Under the pieces are notes generated by a model, which saw nothing but the letters and a program-made list of their open reading frames with translations, did no database searches and had not been told where the DNA came from. Both the position numbers and the translations under genes were made by a program. Source: Candidatus Oxydemutatoraceae bacterium (GTDB taxonomy: Bacteria > Pseudomonadota > Gammaproteobacteria > Poriferisulfidales > Oxydemutatoraceae). Taken from it: a stretch of 64,000 bases of DNA. The stretch's first letter is position 1. The number at the start of each line of letters is the position of its first letter. The DNA lies in assembly GCA_965218975.1 (NCBI GenBank), contig OZ244717.1, positions 1,824,001 to 1,888,000 of the forward strand, in the 5' to 3' direction. Positions 40,032 to 50,913 of this stretch are shown in pieces.

Positions 40032-40036
40032 TAAGC

Positions 40037-40129
40037 TGGCGGAGAGAGAGGGATTCGAACCCTCGATGAAGCTATAAACCCCATACTCCCTTAGCAGGGG
40101 AGCGCCTTCAACCGCTCGGCCATCTCTCC
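40037..40129 (-). tRNA. tRNA-Ser(GCT)
   Basis: GGAGAGATGGCCGAGCGGTTGAAGGCGCTCCCCTGCTAAGGGAG...long variable arm...GGGTTCGAATCCCTCTCTCTCCGCCA; follows csrA as is typical. Confidence 0.96.
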
Positions 40130-40146
40130 GTGCATCAACCGATTCA

Positions 40147-40317
40147 TCACTTGGTGTCGCTTTTTATCTTTTCATAAACTTCTTCGCGGTAGACCAAAAC
40201 ATTCTTAGGTGCGTTGATGCCGATTCTTACTTGGTTGCCTTTTATCCCAAGAATCGTTACTGTAATTTCATCGCCGACCATCAAAGTCTCTCCGGCTTTG
40301 CGTGTTAAGATCAGCAT
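40147..40317 (-). CDS. csrA: Carbon storage regulator CsrA (56 aa, absent from ORF track)
   Basis: [56 protein letters not shown]; GGAG SD upstream. Confidence 0.96.
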   Translation of the reverse strand: MLILTRKAGETLMVGDEITVTILGIKGNQVRIGINAPKNVLVYREEVYEKIKSDTK

Positions 40318-40399
40318 GCCTGTCCTCCATATGACAAGTCTTTATTATAGCGAACGATGCCGCCTGTCAAAAATAACCGCGTAACGGATCTTCGGTCAG

Positions 40400-41644
40400 T
40401 TATAATCCCGCCGGATAATCATTCCCGGCTTTATCCAATTCAAAAGCCCGATGCATCGCGCGTACTGCACTTGCCATTTTATTTTCATCCAATACCACTG
40501 AAATTTTTATCTCGGATGTGGAAATCATGCGAATATTCACTTCCGCATCGGCAAGCGCACGAAACATGGTTGCGGCAATTCCTGCATGCGAACGCATTCC
40601 GACTCCGACCAATGAGACTTTAACAATCGCATCGTTGCCAAACACTTTTCTCGCATTCAGGTCCGTCGCGACTTGCTTGAGCACATCCGACGCCGATTTA
40701 TAATCTCTGCGGTGCACTGTAAAAGTAAAATCGGCATTGCCGTCATGCGCACTGACATTTTGCACGATCATGTCCACTTCGATATTCGCATCCGCAATCG
40801 GCCCGAGAATTTTTGCCGCAATACCCGGCTTGTCCACTACTCCGATGATCGTCAATTGCGCCTCATCCTGATTAACGGCGATACCTGAAACTTTTACTTG
40901 CTCCAACGGATGATCCTTATAAGTAATCAATGTCCCATCGCCTTCGCGGAAAGTTGATAAAACACGCAAAGGCACATTATACTTGCCGGCGAACTCAACC
41001 GCGCGAATTTGTAAAACCTTAGATCCGAGACTCGCCATCTCCAGCATCTCCTCAAAAGTAATATGGCTTAATCGGTGCGCGTGCGGTTCAATTCGCGGAT
41101 CTGTCGTATATACGCCATCGACATCGGTATAGATCCGACATTCTTGCGCTTTTAATTTTGCTGCAATCGCAACCGCGCTTATGTCCGAACCGCCGCGCCC
41201 GAACGTCGTAATATTCCCATCGCGATCAATTCCTTGAAACCCTGCGACGATCACCACCTTGCCGGCACGCAAATACTTCAGCATCGCCTTATCGTCAATC
41301 GCCTTGATGCGCGCTTTATTAAAATTAGCGTCGGTATAAATATTCGCCTGACCGCCGGTTAGAGAAATTGCCGACACGCCCGCATGCTCCAATGCCATCG
41401 CAAGTATCGCGCTGCTCGCTTGCTCGCCGACGGCAAGCAAAGCATCTAATTCGCGTCCTTTATAATCCGGCGCAATTTCTGTCGCAAGTCCGATTAGGCG
41501 ATCGGTTTCTCCGCTCATCGCCGACACGACAACAAGAACCGCTACGCCTTCTTTACGGACGGCGACAATTTTAGATGCGACATTGCGAATCCGCTCAATA
41601 TCGCCGACGGAGGTGCCGCCGTATTTGTGCACGACTAAATTCAC
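40400..41644 (-). CDS. lysC: Aspartate kinase
   Basis: VHKYGGTSVG, VVSAM, GRGGSD, YTDVDGVYTTDPR, two ACT domains, ISTSEIKIS. Confidence 0.95.
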   Translation of the reverse strand: MNLVVHKYGGTSVGDIERIRNVASKIVAVRKEGVAVLVVVSAMSGETDRLIGLATEIAPDYKGRELDALLAVGEQASSAILAMALEHAGVSAISLTGGQANIYTDANFNKARIKAIDDKAMLKYLRAGKVVIVAGFQGIDRDGNITTFGRGGSDISAVAIAAKLKAQECRIYTDVDGVYTTDPRIEPHAHRLSHITFEEMLEMASLGSKVLQIRAVEFAGKYNVPLRVLSTFREGDGTLITYKDHPLEQVKVSGIAVNQDEAQLTIIGVVDKPGIAAKILGPIADANIEVDMIVQNVSAHDGNADFTFTVHRRDYKSASDVLKQVATDLNARKVFGNDAIVKVSLVGVGMRSHAGIAATMFRALADAEVNIRMISTSEIKISVVLDENKMASAVRAMHRAFELDKAGNDYPAGL

Positions 41645-41706
41645 TTTAATAATGGGAACTCGGTTTTTTTATTGTAGCGTATTAAAACGCCGAACTCGCA
41701 AAGAAA

Positions 41707-44334
41707 CTATCGTACCTGATCACGCACCCAATCCGGAACACTTGCCAGCGCAGTATCCAATGCGGCGGGATTCGTCCCGCCCGCTTCGGCCATATCGGGA
41801 CGTTTCCCGCCCCCTCTGCCGCCGACTTGCCGCGCCACCATATTGACCAAACTGCCGGCATGCAGTTTGTCGGTGCAGTTTTTGGTGACTCCGGCAACCA
41901 AATCGACGCGGCTATTATTCTCCGCCGCCAGTACTATCGCGGCGCTACCGAGTTTGATCTTCATTCGATCTAAAATGTTGCGCAGCACGCGGCGGTCGGC
42001 ATCGGTCAAACGCACCGCCAACACTTTCAAATCTCCGATTTCCACTGCCCGCGCCGCCAAATCATGATCAGCGCCTGAAGCGAGGCGCGTTTGATAAACG
42101 TTCACCTGCTTCTCAAGTTTACGATTCTTTTTTAGCAATTGCCGAACTCGCTCGGCAATATCGGCTTCGTCGGATTTCAGCATATCGCAAACTTGCTTGA
42201 GATATTGTTCTTGCCGACTGACAATCTGCCATGCTTTTTTGCCGGTTACCGCTTCAATCCGACGAATGCCAGCGGCGACCCCCGACTCAGATATGATTTT
42301 GAATAAACCGATATCGCCGGTGCGATCAACATGAGTGCCGCCGCAAAGCTCCATCGAAAAATCCCCCATCGTCATTGTGCGCACTTCATCTGCGTACTTC
42401 TCGCCAAGCAGCGCTATCGCTCCTTTATCAAGCGCTTGCTCTTTCGACATTATTTCGGCTTTCGCCGCGTGATTATTCCGCACTTGTTCATTGACCATCG
42501 CTTCGATTTCAATCAAATGCTGTCCTGTCAACGGTCGATCGTAAGAAAAATCAAATCGCAAGCGCTCTTCATCCACTAAAGAACCTTTCTGGCAAACGCT
42601 CTCGCCCAAGCATCTACGCAACGCTGCATGGAGTAAATGCGTTGCGGAATGATTGAGAACGATGCGGGCGCGGCGCAGCGCGTCAATTTCCGCCCGCACC
42701 GTATCCCCTAACGAAAAATAGCCGCTTTGCAATCGACCGATATGTTGATGCGCCGACCCTTGCTTCTGTGTATCCGCCACGACAAATACTGCTTCGGTAT
42801 TGCTTAACTTCCCGGTATCTCCGACTTGTCCGCCCGATTCTGCATAAAAAGGCGTGTGGTTCAATATTACTATTCCGGCCTCGCCGGCATTCATCCGCTT
42901 CACTTCTTCGCGGCCGATAAATAATCGCTTCACTGCGGCACAATCTTCCGTTTTGTCATAACCGATAAATTCACTGCTGTCCGTTGCCGCAACGTTCATA
43001 TTTTCATCGGCGAAAAATTGCTTTGACGCGCGCGCGCGCGCTTTCTGCCGCGCCATCAAGCGGTCAAAGCCTGCCATACCCAGCTTTAATCCTTTTTCAC
43101 GCGCTATATCGCCGGTCAGATCAACCGGGAATCCATAGGTGTCGTACAGTTTGAAAATGACTTCGCCCGGTATGGTCTTACCGCTTAACCGTTCCAACGC
43201 TGCGTCCAAAATACTCAGCCCTAGTTCCAGAGTTTCGGCAAAACGCTCTTCCTCTTTTTGCAAAACATTGACGATAAAAGATTGCCTTTCAATCAATTCG
43301 GGATATGCGCCGCCCATGATTGCGGATACGCTGCGAACAAGTTTATGAAAAAACGGAGCGCGTACGCCAAGTTTATGTCCATGGCGCGCCGCGCGGCGAA
43401 TAATCCGGCGCAGAACATAACCACGTCCTTCGTTTGACGGGAGCACGCCGTCCGAAACCAAGAAACTGCAAGCGCGAATATGATCGGAAATCACCCGCAA
43501 AGAAGGTAGCGAGCGGTCTCGCGCATCGGTGATGTCGGCAGCTGCCTCAATCAAACCGCGAAATAGATCCGTGGCGTAATTACTGTGCACTCCTTGCAAA
43601 ACCGCCGCGACCCGCTCAAGCCCCATGCCGGTATCCACCGAGGGCGCCGCCAAAGCTGTCATTGCGCCGTCCTTTGCACGCTCGTACTGCATGAATACCA
43701 AATTCCAGATTTCAACAAAGCGATCGCCCTCTTGTTCGGATGTCCCCGGCGGGCCTCCCGATATCGATTCGCCGTGGTCATAAAAAACTTCGGTGCAGGG
43801 TCCGCAGGGACCGATATCGCCCATCGTCCAAAAATTATCTTTCTCCCCGACACGCGCGAAACGCTTCGGATCGACGCCTATTTCCTTCAGCCAAATCTTT
43901 TCAGAATCGGCATCGGCTTCAAACACGGTTACCCATAGCTTTTCAGGCGGCAATTGTAGCGTTTGCGTCAAAAATTCCCAAGCGTAAGCGATAGCCGACT
44001 GCTTAAAATAGTCGCCGAAACTAAAATTACCCAGCATTTCAAAAAAAGTGTGATGGCGCGCGGTATAACCGACACTTTCAAGATCATTATGCTTACCGCC
44101 CGCGCGAATGCAGCGCTGGCTGCTTGTCGCGCGCGGATAATCAATGCCCTCCTTGCCGAGAAAAACATCCTTGAACTGCACCATCCCCGCGTTGGTGAAT
44201 AGCAATGTCGGATCGTTCGCCGGCGCCAATGAGCTTGATGCGACACGAGTATGATCTTTGCCCTCAAAAAATTGCAAGAAACTCTCGCGAATCTCAGCCG
44301 TTTTCATTCCAAAAATCCCCGTTGTTTCGTGCAA
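41707..44334 (-). CDS. alaS: Alanine--tRNA ligase
   Basis: [49 protein letters not shown]. Start probably ATG 44307. Confidence 0.98.
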   Translation of the reverse strand: MHETTGIFGMKTAEIRESFLQFFEGKDHTRVASSSLAPANDPTLLFTNAGMVQFKDVFLGKEGIDYPRATSSQRCIRAGGKHNDLESVGYTARHHTFFEMLGNFSFGDYFKQSAIAYAWEFLTQTLQLPPEKLWVTVFEADADSEKIWLKEIGVDPKRFARVGEKDNFWTMGDIGPCGPCTEVFYDHGESISGGPPGTSEQEGDRFVEIWNLVFMQYERAKDGAMTALAAPSVDTGMGLERVAAVLQGVHSNYATDLFRGLIEAAADITDARDRSLPSLRVISDHIRACSFLVSDGVLPSNEGRGYVLRRIIRRAARHGHKLGVRAPFFHKLVRSVSAIMGGAYPELIERQSFIVNVLQKEEERFAETLELGLSILDAALERLSGKTIPGEVIFKLYDTYGFPVDLTGDIAREKGLKLGMAGFDRLMARQKARARASKQFFADENMNVAATDSSEFIGYDKTEDCAAVKRLFIGREEVKRMNAGEAGIVILNHTPFYAESGGQVGDTGKLSNTEAVFVVADTQKQGSAHQHIGRLQSGYFSLGDTVRAEIDALRRARIVLNHSATHLLHAALRRCLGESVCQKGSLVDEERLRFDFSYDRPLTGQHLIEIEAMVNEQVRNNHAAKAEIMSKEQALDKGAIALLGEKYADEVRTMTMGDFSMELCGGTHVDRTGDIGLFKIISESGVAAGIRRIEAVTGKKAWQIVSRQEQYLKQVCDMLKSDEADIAERVRQLLKKNRKLEKQVNVYQTRLASGADHDLAARAVEIGDLKVLAVRLTDADRRVLRNILDRMKIKLGSAAIVLAAENNSRVDLVAGVTKNCTDKLHAGSLVNMVARQVGGRGGGKRPDMAEAGGTNPAALDTALASVPDWVRDQVR

Positions 44335-44402
44335 TCCATTGTACCACTAATTTGAAACGGCCTCTCTTTGAGAACGTCATTATCAAATTCTTGCAAAATA
44401 CA

Positions 44403-44915
44403 TCACTCAATGATTTCGCGAATGATTTCCCACGGATACCCTTGCCGGTGCAGATATTGTTTGCGCTTCATGCATTCTTTGATGTCTTGGGACGCAATGG
44501 TGCGGTATTTCTTGGCATAGCAACGACGCGCGTTTTCCAGCCAATCCACATCCGCCGCAAACACTGCTCGCGCGATTTCTTCTTTATCCAATCCCTTGCT
44601 TTCAAGATCCATGCGGATTCGGTTCGGACCGTAAAATCGACGTATACGGCTAGCGATATAGTCCTCAATGTAACGAGTGGAAGAAAGAAGCTTTTCTTTT
44701 ATTAATACTTGCAGCAAGCGATCAATGCTGTCTCGCGAAAAGCCCCGGCGTTCAAGCTTCAATCTCAATTCATCGCGAGTATGTTCGCGACGCGCCAATA
44801 ACTCAATTGCCTTGCGACGAATATCAGGCTTTGTCACTAGCGTCTTTTCCGCGCACCCTTGTAGTTTTCGCCGCACTTTTTTCAACGGCTCCCATTCTAC
44901 CCTCAGACGTTCCAT
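44403..44915 (-). CDS. recX: Recombination regulator RecX (true start probably near 44837)
   Basis: [35 protein letters not shown]; lies between recA and alaS. Confidence 0.9.
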   Translation of the reverse strand: MERLRVEWEPLKKVRRKLQGCAEKTLVTKPDIRRKAIELLARREHTRDELRLKLERRGFSRDSIDRLLQVLIKEKLLSSTRYIEDYIASRIRRFYGPNRIRMDLESKGLDKEEIARAVFAADVDWLENARRCYAKKYRTIASQDIKECMKRKQYLHRQGYPWEIIREIIE

Positions 44916-45927
44916 TCGCCTTATCTGACTTTATCGACGGCAACAACATTTGGCGCAACCGACTTTCCAATGCATCAACGACATCAGGCCTTTCCAAGAA
45001 ATAAGCGCGAATATTCTCCTTGCCTTGGGCAATTTTTTCGCCGTTATAAGAATACCATGCACCGGCTTTTTCCAAGAGACCATGTTCCACTCCCAAACTA
45101 ATAATCTCCGAAAGCTTGCTGATCCCCTCATCATAGCGAATTTCAAACTCGGCTTTTTTAAACGGCGGCGCCATTTTATTTTTTACCACTTTGACACGCG
45201 TTTCATTCCCGATCACGTCCTCGCCTTTCTTGATTGCACTAACTCGCCGAATATCCAAACGGACCGACGAATAAAACTTTAACGCATTGCCGCCGGTCGT
45301 CGTTTCAGGGTTGCCGAACATCACGCCGATTTTCATGCGGATTTGATTGATGAAAATAACCAGCGTTTGCGAACGCGCAATATTCGCGGTAATTTTGCGC
45401 AACGCTTTCGACATTAAGCGCGCTTGCAAGCCGATTTGAGTGTCGCCCATCTCTCCTTCAATCTCCACGCGCGGAGTCAATGCGGCAACCGAATCAACCA
45501 CAATCAAATCAACCGAGCCCGAACGTATCAGCATATCGACAATCTCCAAACCCTGCTCTCCGGTATCCGGTTGCGAAATAAGCAACTCCTGAATATTCAC
45601 TCCGATCTTTTCCGAGTACGCCGGGTCCAAAGCATGCTCAGCATCGACAAAAACTGCCACACCGCCTTGTTTCTGACATTCTGCCACTACTTGCAACGTC
45701 AAAGTCGTTTTACCCGAAGATTCCGGACCATACACTTCGACAATCCGTCCTTTAGGTAAACCGCCGACACCCAATGCGGCATCTAAGGCAAGCGATCCTG
45801 TCGGGATTACTTCAATATCGGGGATGGCCGTACCATTCTCCCCCATACGCATAATCGCACCCTTGCCGAACTGCCTTTGAATTTGCGCCAACGACGCAGA
45901 TAATGCTTGTTTCCTATTTTCGTCCAC
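44824..45927 (-). CDS. recA: Recombinase RecA
   Basis: [52 protein letters not shown]. Confidence 0.99.
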   Translation of the reverse strand: MDENRKQALSASLAQIQRQFGKGAIMRMGENGTAIPDIEVIPTGSLALDAALGVGGLPKGRIVEVYGPESSGKTTLTLQVVAECQKQGGVAVFVDAEHALDPAYSEKIGVNIQELLISQPDTGEQGLEIVDMLIRSGSVDLIVVDSVAALTPRVEIEGEMGDTQIGLQARLMSKALRKITANIARSQTLVIFINQIRMKIGVMFGNPETTTGGNALKFYSSVRLDIRRVSAIKKGEDVIGNETRVKVVKNKMAPPFKKAEFEIRYDEGISKLSEIISLGVEHGLLEKAGAWYSYNGEKIAQGKENIRAYFLERPDVVDALESRLRQMLLPSIKSDKANGTSEGRMGAVEKSAAKTTRVRGKDASDKA

Positions 45928-46279
45928 GATACTTGCTCTCCTATAAGTTTGGCAAACGATTCATCAACTTAATGCCGTTACTATCCGGCGCAAGCTTAAC
46001 ATACAACCGTACCCTTGCGAGACGAACGGGATTTCAGCATCGCTGTAGCATACGGATGAATTTTTTCCGCCGCATTCCAATCTCCTTCCGTCAGACCTTG
46101 CTGATAGACTATCGCCGCTATTTTACCTGAATTTGCGACCGTATCCGTCCGACGATTGCACATTTTTATCTAGAAGTCGGCGAACTCATGCGGATGAACA
46201 CAGCTTACATACTCTCTGCCGCAGCGGCAATCTAGCATTCGATAAACGGCGTCAAAGCCCGAATAAGCGGTCAAAGGCG

Positions 46280-46786
46280 TTAACTTTTCAATAATTCCAG
46301 CGTTCCGACAACCATATTCCGCACCGCCTGCTTGCGCAGTGCCTCGCGATCACCCGCATATCGGACTTGCTGCGTTCGCACCGTTCGATCGCGCATCTGC
46401 CAAGCAAACCACACCAAACCGACCGGCTTGTCCGCCGTACCGCCGTCCGGTCCGGCAATTCCGCTTACCGCAACCGCCAACGATGCCGCCGGTAAGCGCC
46501 ACAATGCGCCGCGCGCCATCGCCGACACAACCTGCTCACTCACTGCACCGTAACGATTCAATATGTCCGCCGGTACCCCTAGCATTGCTTGCTTTGCCGC
46601 ATCGCTGTACGTAACCAAACTTGCTTCAAACCATTGCGAACTCCCGGGCAAATCGGTGCAAGCTTTCGCGAACCAACCGCCGCTACATGATTCTGCGGCG
46701 CACAAGCGCAAATGGCGCGCGCGCAACGCCTGCGCAAGGCACATGAAATCCGCGTGTAATGCTTTATCCGACAAAACGAATCTCAA
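46280..46786 (-). CDS. pncC: CinA/PncC nicotinamide-mononucleotide amidohydrolase
   Basis: AESCSGG, PGSSQWF, YGAVSE, SGIAGPDGG..DKPVG; upstream of recA. Confidence 0.88.
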   Translation of the reverse strand: MRFVLSDKALHADFMCLAQALRARHLRLCAAESCSGGWFAKACTDLPGSSQWFEASLVTYSDAAKQAMLGVPADILNRYGAVSEQVVSAMARGALWRLPAASLAVAVSGIAGPDGGTADKPVGLVWFAWQMRDRTVRTQQVRYAGDREALRKQAVRNMVVGTLELLKS

Positions 46787-46821
46787 TATTCATATAATGG
46801 GGCATAAAAAGAAAAACATAA

Positions 46822-49416
46822 ATGGCAAAATCGACACTTTCTCCCGGCATACAACAGTATCTCAAAATTAAATCGGATTATCCCGATACGCTATTGTTTT
46901 ATCAAATAGGCGACTTTTATGAACTATTCTTCGAGGATGCTAAAAAAGTATCCAAGCTGCTGGACATTACGCTCACCAAACGCGGCGCTACCATCGGAGA
47001 TCCGATACCGATGGCAGGCGTTCCGGTCCATGCCGCGGATAATTATATCGCCAAACTGGTACGCCACGGTGAATCCATCGCCATCTGTAATCAAACCGGC
47101 GATCCTAAAGCCTCTATGGGTCCGGTCAGTCGAGAAGTCGTTCGCGTCATCACGCCCGGCACTTTGGTCGAGGACAGCTTACTTGAGGAACACCGGGATA
47201 ATTTGATCGTAGCGATTGTCGCGGATAATGAATCCGAACCCGCCGCTTACGGTTTGGCGATACTCAACTTAAGCGGCGGTCGATTCATTCTGAAAACGCT
47301 GGCCGGCGATGAGGCACTGATCAGTGAACTGACACGTTTGTCGCCCGCCGAATGTATTATCAGCGAAGACTGGGAGCCACCCTGCCCGATCAACGGATTG
47401 CAAAAACGTCCGCTATGGACGTTTGATCACGATACTTGCACTGAGCGGTTATGCGAGCAACTGAATGTCATCAACCTCAATGGTTTCGGATGCGTCGATA
47501 TGCCTGCCGCTGTCAGCGCCGCCGGCGTATTATTGCAGTATGTGAAAGAAATGCAAAAATCCGCTCTGCCGCATATTCAAAGTCTTCAGGTAGAACGCGC
47601 CGACGATTATTTGTTTTTAGACGCAAGCAGCCGAGCCTGCCTTGAAATAGAAACGACGCTCTCCAGCGATACTACGCATACGCTGATGGGCATCCATAAC
47701 CACACCGTAACCGCGATGGGAACGCGTTGCTTGCGGCGATGGTTCGGACAACCTCTGCGGCATTGCCCGACTTTGTTGCAACGTCAGGAAATGGTCGGCG
47801 CATTGCGCGACCATCCGGATTTAGACAGCTTGCGCGACGAACTCAAGCATATTGCCGATATCGAGCGCATTCTGTCGCGGCTCGCGCTGGAAAATGCCCG
47901 CCCGCGCGACTTGATCGGGATTCGCGACACCCTGCGTTTGTTACCGGCGATTAAATCCCGACTCGCAGCGTTGGATAGCGCAATGGCAAAAATGTTGGAT
48001 ACGGCAATTCAAACGCAACCCAAAGTCATCGCATTGCTTGAACGCGCTATCATAGACAGCCCGCCTGCGACGGTCCGCAACGGCGGCGTGATCAAAAGCG
48101 GTTATGACACCGCGCTTGACACATTACGCGACAGCGGACAAGGTGCGGATAAGTTTTTGCTCGAGCTTGAAGCGCGCGAGAAAAAAAACGCACGTGCATC
48201 TCACTTAAAAATCGCATACAACCGAATCTTAAATTACTACATTGAAATTCCACGCGCGCAAACCGCTCGTATTCCGCCGGAATACCAGCGCGTGCAAACT
48301 TTAAAACATGCCGAACGCTATACGCTGCCCGAACTGAAAGCGCTCGGCCAAAAAATCGTCAGTGCTCACGAACAAGCGCTGGCAAAAGAAAAACAACTTT
48401 ATCAAGCGCTGCAGAGATTCTTTCACCCGCACTTGAATACGTTACAGACCATCGCGCAAGCATTGGCGCAAACCGATGTGTTGGTTACGTTGGCATGGTG
48501 CGCCAAACGTTATCATTATGCGGAACCGACATTCAGCGCAGAATCCGGCATACGAATCGCCGCGGGACGGCACCCGGTAGTGGAGCGTTTCATCAATCAT
48601 GACTTTGTGCCCAACGATATACAGCTGGACGCGCAGCGTAGAATGCTAGTGATCACCGGCCCGAACATGGGCGGAAAATCAACTTACATGCGTCAAGTCG
48701 CGCAGATTGTTTTGCTGGCACATATCGGCGGATATGTACCGGCGCAAACCGCACAGATCGGACCAATCGACCAAATCTTTACTCGCATCGGCGCATCGGA
48801 CGACATCGCATCCGGTCATTCGACCTTTATGGTCGAAATGATCGAAGCGGCGAATATTCTAAATAACGCCGCGGAAAACAGCTTAGTCATCATGGACGAA
48901 ATCGGACGCGGCACTAGCACTTTTGACGGATTAAGCTTGGCATGGGCATGCGCCGAACGTCTCGCCGCGCAAAATCAATCTTTCACTTTGTTCGCCACAC
49001 ATTACTTTGAACTGACCGCATTGGCGAACGAACTGAGTATGGTGCACAATGTGCACATTGACGCGATGGAACACAATGATCGGATCATTTTTCTACATCA
49101 AGTCAAAAACGGCGCGGCAAACCAAAGCTATGGTATCCATGTCGCTCAGCTTGCCGGCATTCCCGAAGACGTGATAAGCATCGCACGCGCCAAACTTGCC
49201 GAACTTGAATCGCAACAATTAACTGCTATTCAAAAAATTGACCACACGCAATTGCCGTTGACTCTAACATCGCAAGCTGTGCAAAAGCCGACCGAATCCG
49301 AACCCTCGGCGTTGAAAAAATTGAAACAACTGGAACCTGATGAGATGAGTCCCAAGGAAGCGTTGCAAATGCTATATCAGCTAAAAGAGCTGGGGGAACA
49401 GGGCCGCAAAGCATGA
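46822..49416 (+). CDS. mutS: DNA mismatch repair protein MutS
   Basis: [56 protein letters not shown]. Confidence 0.98.
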   Translation: MAKSTLSPGIQQYLKIKSDYPDTLLFYQIGDFYELFFEDAKKVSKLLDITLTKRGATIGDPIPMAGVPVHAADNYIAKLVRHGESIAICNQTGDPKASMGPVSREVVRVITPGTLVEDSLLEEHRDNLIVAIVADNESEPAAYGLAILNLSGGRFILKTLAGDEALISELTRLSPAECIISEDWEPPCPINGLQKRPLWTFDHDTCTERLCEQLNVINLNGFGCVDMPAAVSAAGVLLQYVKEMQKSALPHIQSLQVERADDYLFLDASSRACLEIETTLSSDTTHTLMGIHNHTVTAMGTRCLRRWFGQPLRHCPTLLQRQEMVGALRDHPDLDSLRDELKHIADIERILSRLALENARPRDLIGIRDTLRLLPAIKSRLAALDSAMAKMLDTAIQTQPKVIALLERAIIDSPPATVRNGGVIKSGYDTALDTLRDSGQGADKFLLELEAREKKNARASHLKIAYNRILNYYIEIPRAQTARIPPEYQRVQTLKHAERYTLPELKALGQKIVSAHEQALAKEKQLYQALQRFFHPHLNTLQTIAQALAQTDVLVTLAWCAKRYHYAEPTFSAESGIRIAAGRHPVVERFINHDFVPNDIQLDAQRRMLVITGPNMGGKSTYMRQVAQIVLLAHIGGYVPAQTAQIGPIDQIFTRIGASDDIASGHSTFMVEMIEAANILNNAAENSLVIMDEIGRGTSTFDGLSLAWACAERLAAQNQSFTLFATHYFELTALANELSMVHNVHIDAMEHNDRIIFLHQVKNGAANQSYGIHVAQLAGIPEDVISIARAKLAELESQQLTAIQKIDHTQLPLTLTSQAVQKPTESEPSALKKLKQLEPDEMSPKEALQMLYQLKELGEQGRKA

Positions 49417-50762
49417 CGATACGAAAAACACTTTCCGAAGCAATCGCGCCGCTCATTGCTCGCGATAAAAACAAACGCATACGCGTGCAAGAGCGCATCA
49501 ACGCAATCAATACATTGCTTGAAATCGCCGATAGAGAACCGGCACATCGCGTGCAAATCATGCAAGCGCTGGTTGCTTACATTTGCCGCAACGCAAAATC
49601 CGCTGCTATCAATCGCCCGGCACCCGATGCCCCTTTATCTTTGAGCGAGGACATTGCTGCCGCATGGAATACTCTAAAACAACTATATGACCGATATGCG
49701 GCAGAACTAATCTCAAGCAATCAATTGCGCCGTGATACTCGACACGATGACTTGAGTTTTGCCGGCGCAGACTTTTCGTATTTGCAGCTGGATTCGGTCC
49801 GATGGATTGAACGACCGACGTTAACCGGCGCCAATTTAAACCACGCCTGCCTCGTCGGAACGCAACTCAATCATGCCAAGCTTGCCAATGCCGAATTAAA
49901 TCATGCGAATATGTCCGCCGTTCAATTAAACCATGCGAATTTATCCCACGCGCAACTCAATCATGCGAACGCGTCGGGAACACAGATCAATGCCGCCGAT
50001 TTCACCGCCGCGCAACTCAACGGCGCGGTTTTGTTTTACTCTCAACTGAACTGCACGACATTTAACAACGCCGAACTCAACGGCGCAAATCTGTTCAAGG
50101 CGCAGCTGATCGGCGCGGACTTATCCGACGCGCAACTCAACGGCGCGAATTTATTCAATGCCGTGCTGTTCGGCGCAAATTTATCCGATACGCAACTCAA
50201 CGGCACGAACCTGCTCGGTGCGCAGCTGAGCGGTGCGACTCTACGCGCACTGCATCTACGCAAAACGGAGTTCCGCCAAGCGCGTTATGCGCAGTTAGCC
50301 GAGGAGGAGAACACGATACTCAATATCGCATTGGATAAAGCGGAGGCATCAAATGAAATCAAAGCATTGATTCATAAGCGAATTAAAGACAATACCGCTA
50401 AATACGGCGCGACTTGCATACCGACCTCTGCACAAATCTGGTGTTCGGACTCCATGCAAAAGGTATTTTCACAGATACCCGTGTTGGCGCCCGACGCCGA
50501 TTGGAGCGATTTGGCAGACTTGTTGGAATTGACTACCGGCGAAAACAACTTGTCCAAACGCGCCGCCTTATTAGTCGGCATCTTGCGCAATTTCGTCTAT
50601 GAATATCACAAAGTGCATTCAATGCCCAAACGCATCGCGCAACTGAAACAAGCCGCTATCGCTTTGTTTACCGACGGCAAAAATCAGGTTCTGTTCGTGC
50701 AATTACCGAAGAAAACGCAGCGGGATATCAAGAGGTGGAAAAAAGGCGAAAAAACTTCGTAG
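49413..50762 (+). CDS. Pentapeptide-repeat protein
   Basis: Long tract of A(N/Q/D)Lxx repeats (about aa 140-285); ATGA overlap with mutS. Confidence 0.88.
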   Translation: MTIRKTLSEAIAPLIARDKNKRIRVQERINAINTLLEIADREPAHRVQIMQALVAYICRNAKSAAINRPAPDAPLSLSEDIAAAWNTLKQLYDRYAAELISSNQLRRDTRHDDLSFAGADFSYLQLDSVRWIERPTLTGANLNHACLVGTQLNHAKLANAELNHANMSAVQLNHANLSHAQLNHANASGTQINAADFTAAQLNGAVLFYSQLNCTTFNNAELNGANLFKAQLIGADLSDAQLNGANLFNAVLFGANLSDTQLNGTNLLGAQLSGATLRALHLRKTEFRQARYAQLAEEENTILNIALDKAEASNEIKALIHKRIKDNTAKYGATCIPTSAQIWCSDSMQKVFSQIPVLAPDADWSDLADLLELTTGENNLSKRAALLVGILRNFVYEYHKVHSMPKRIAQLKQAAIALFTDGKNQVLFVQLPKKTQRDIKRWKKGEKTS

Positions 50763-50913
50763 CGGACTATTCGCTATCGGCTTTTATTTCTCTCGCGCAT
50801 CTCGTTCCTCAGCTTCTATAAAACGAGCGGCATCCTCGCTTCGGCTCGACGAGAAATTTCTTGCGCGAGCAAAACGACCGTCAAATATATCCCACCGAAA
50901 TAATCTTGCAGGT

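Noticed and set aside
45928-46279. LexA box or sRNA upstream of recA
   Set aside because: No CTGT-N8-ACAG match or recognisable RNA motif was found by eye.
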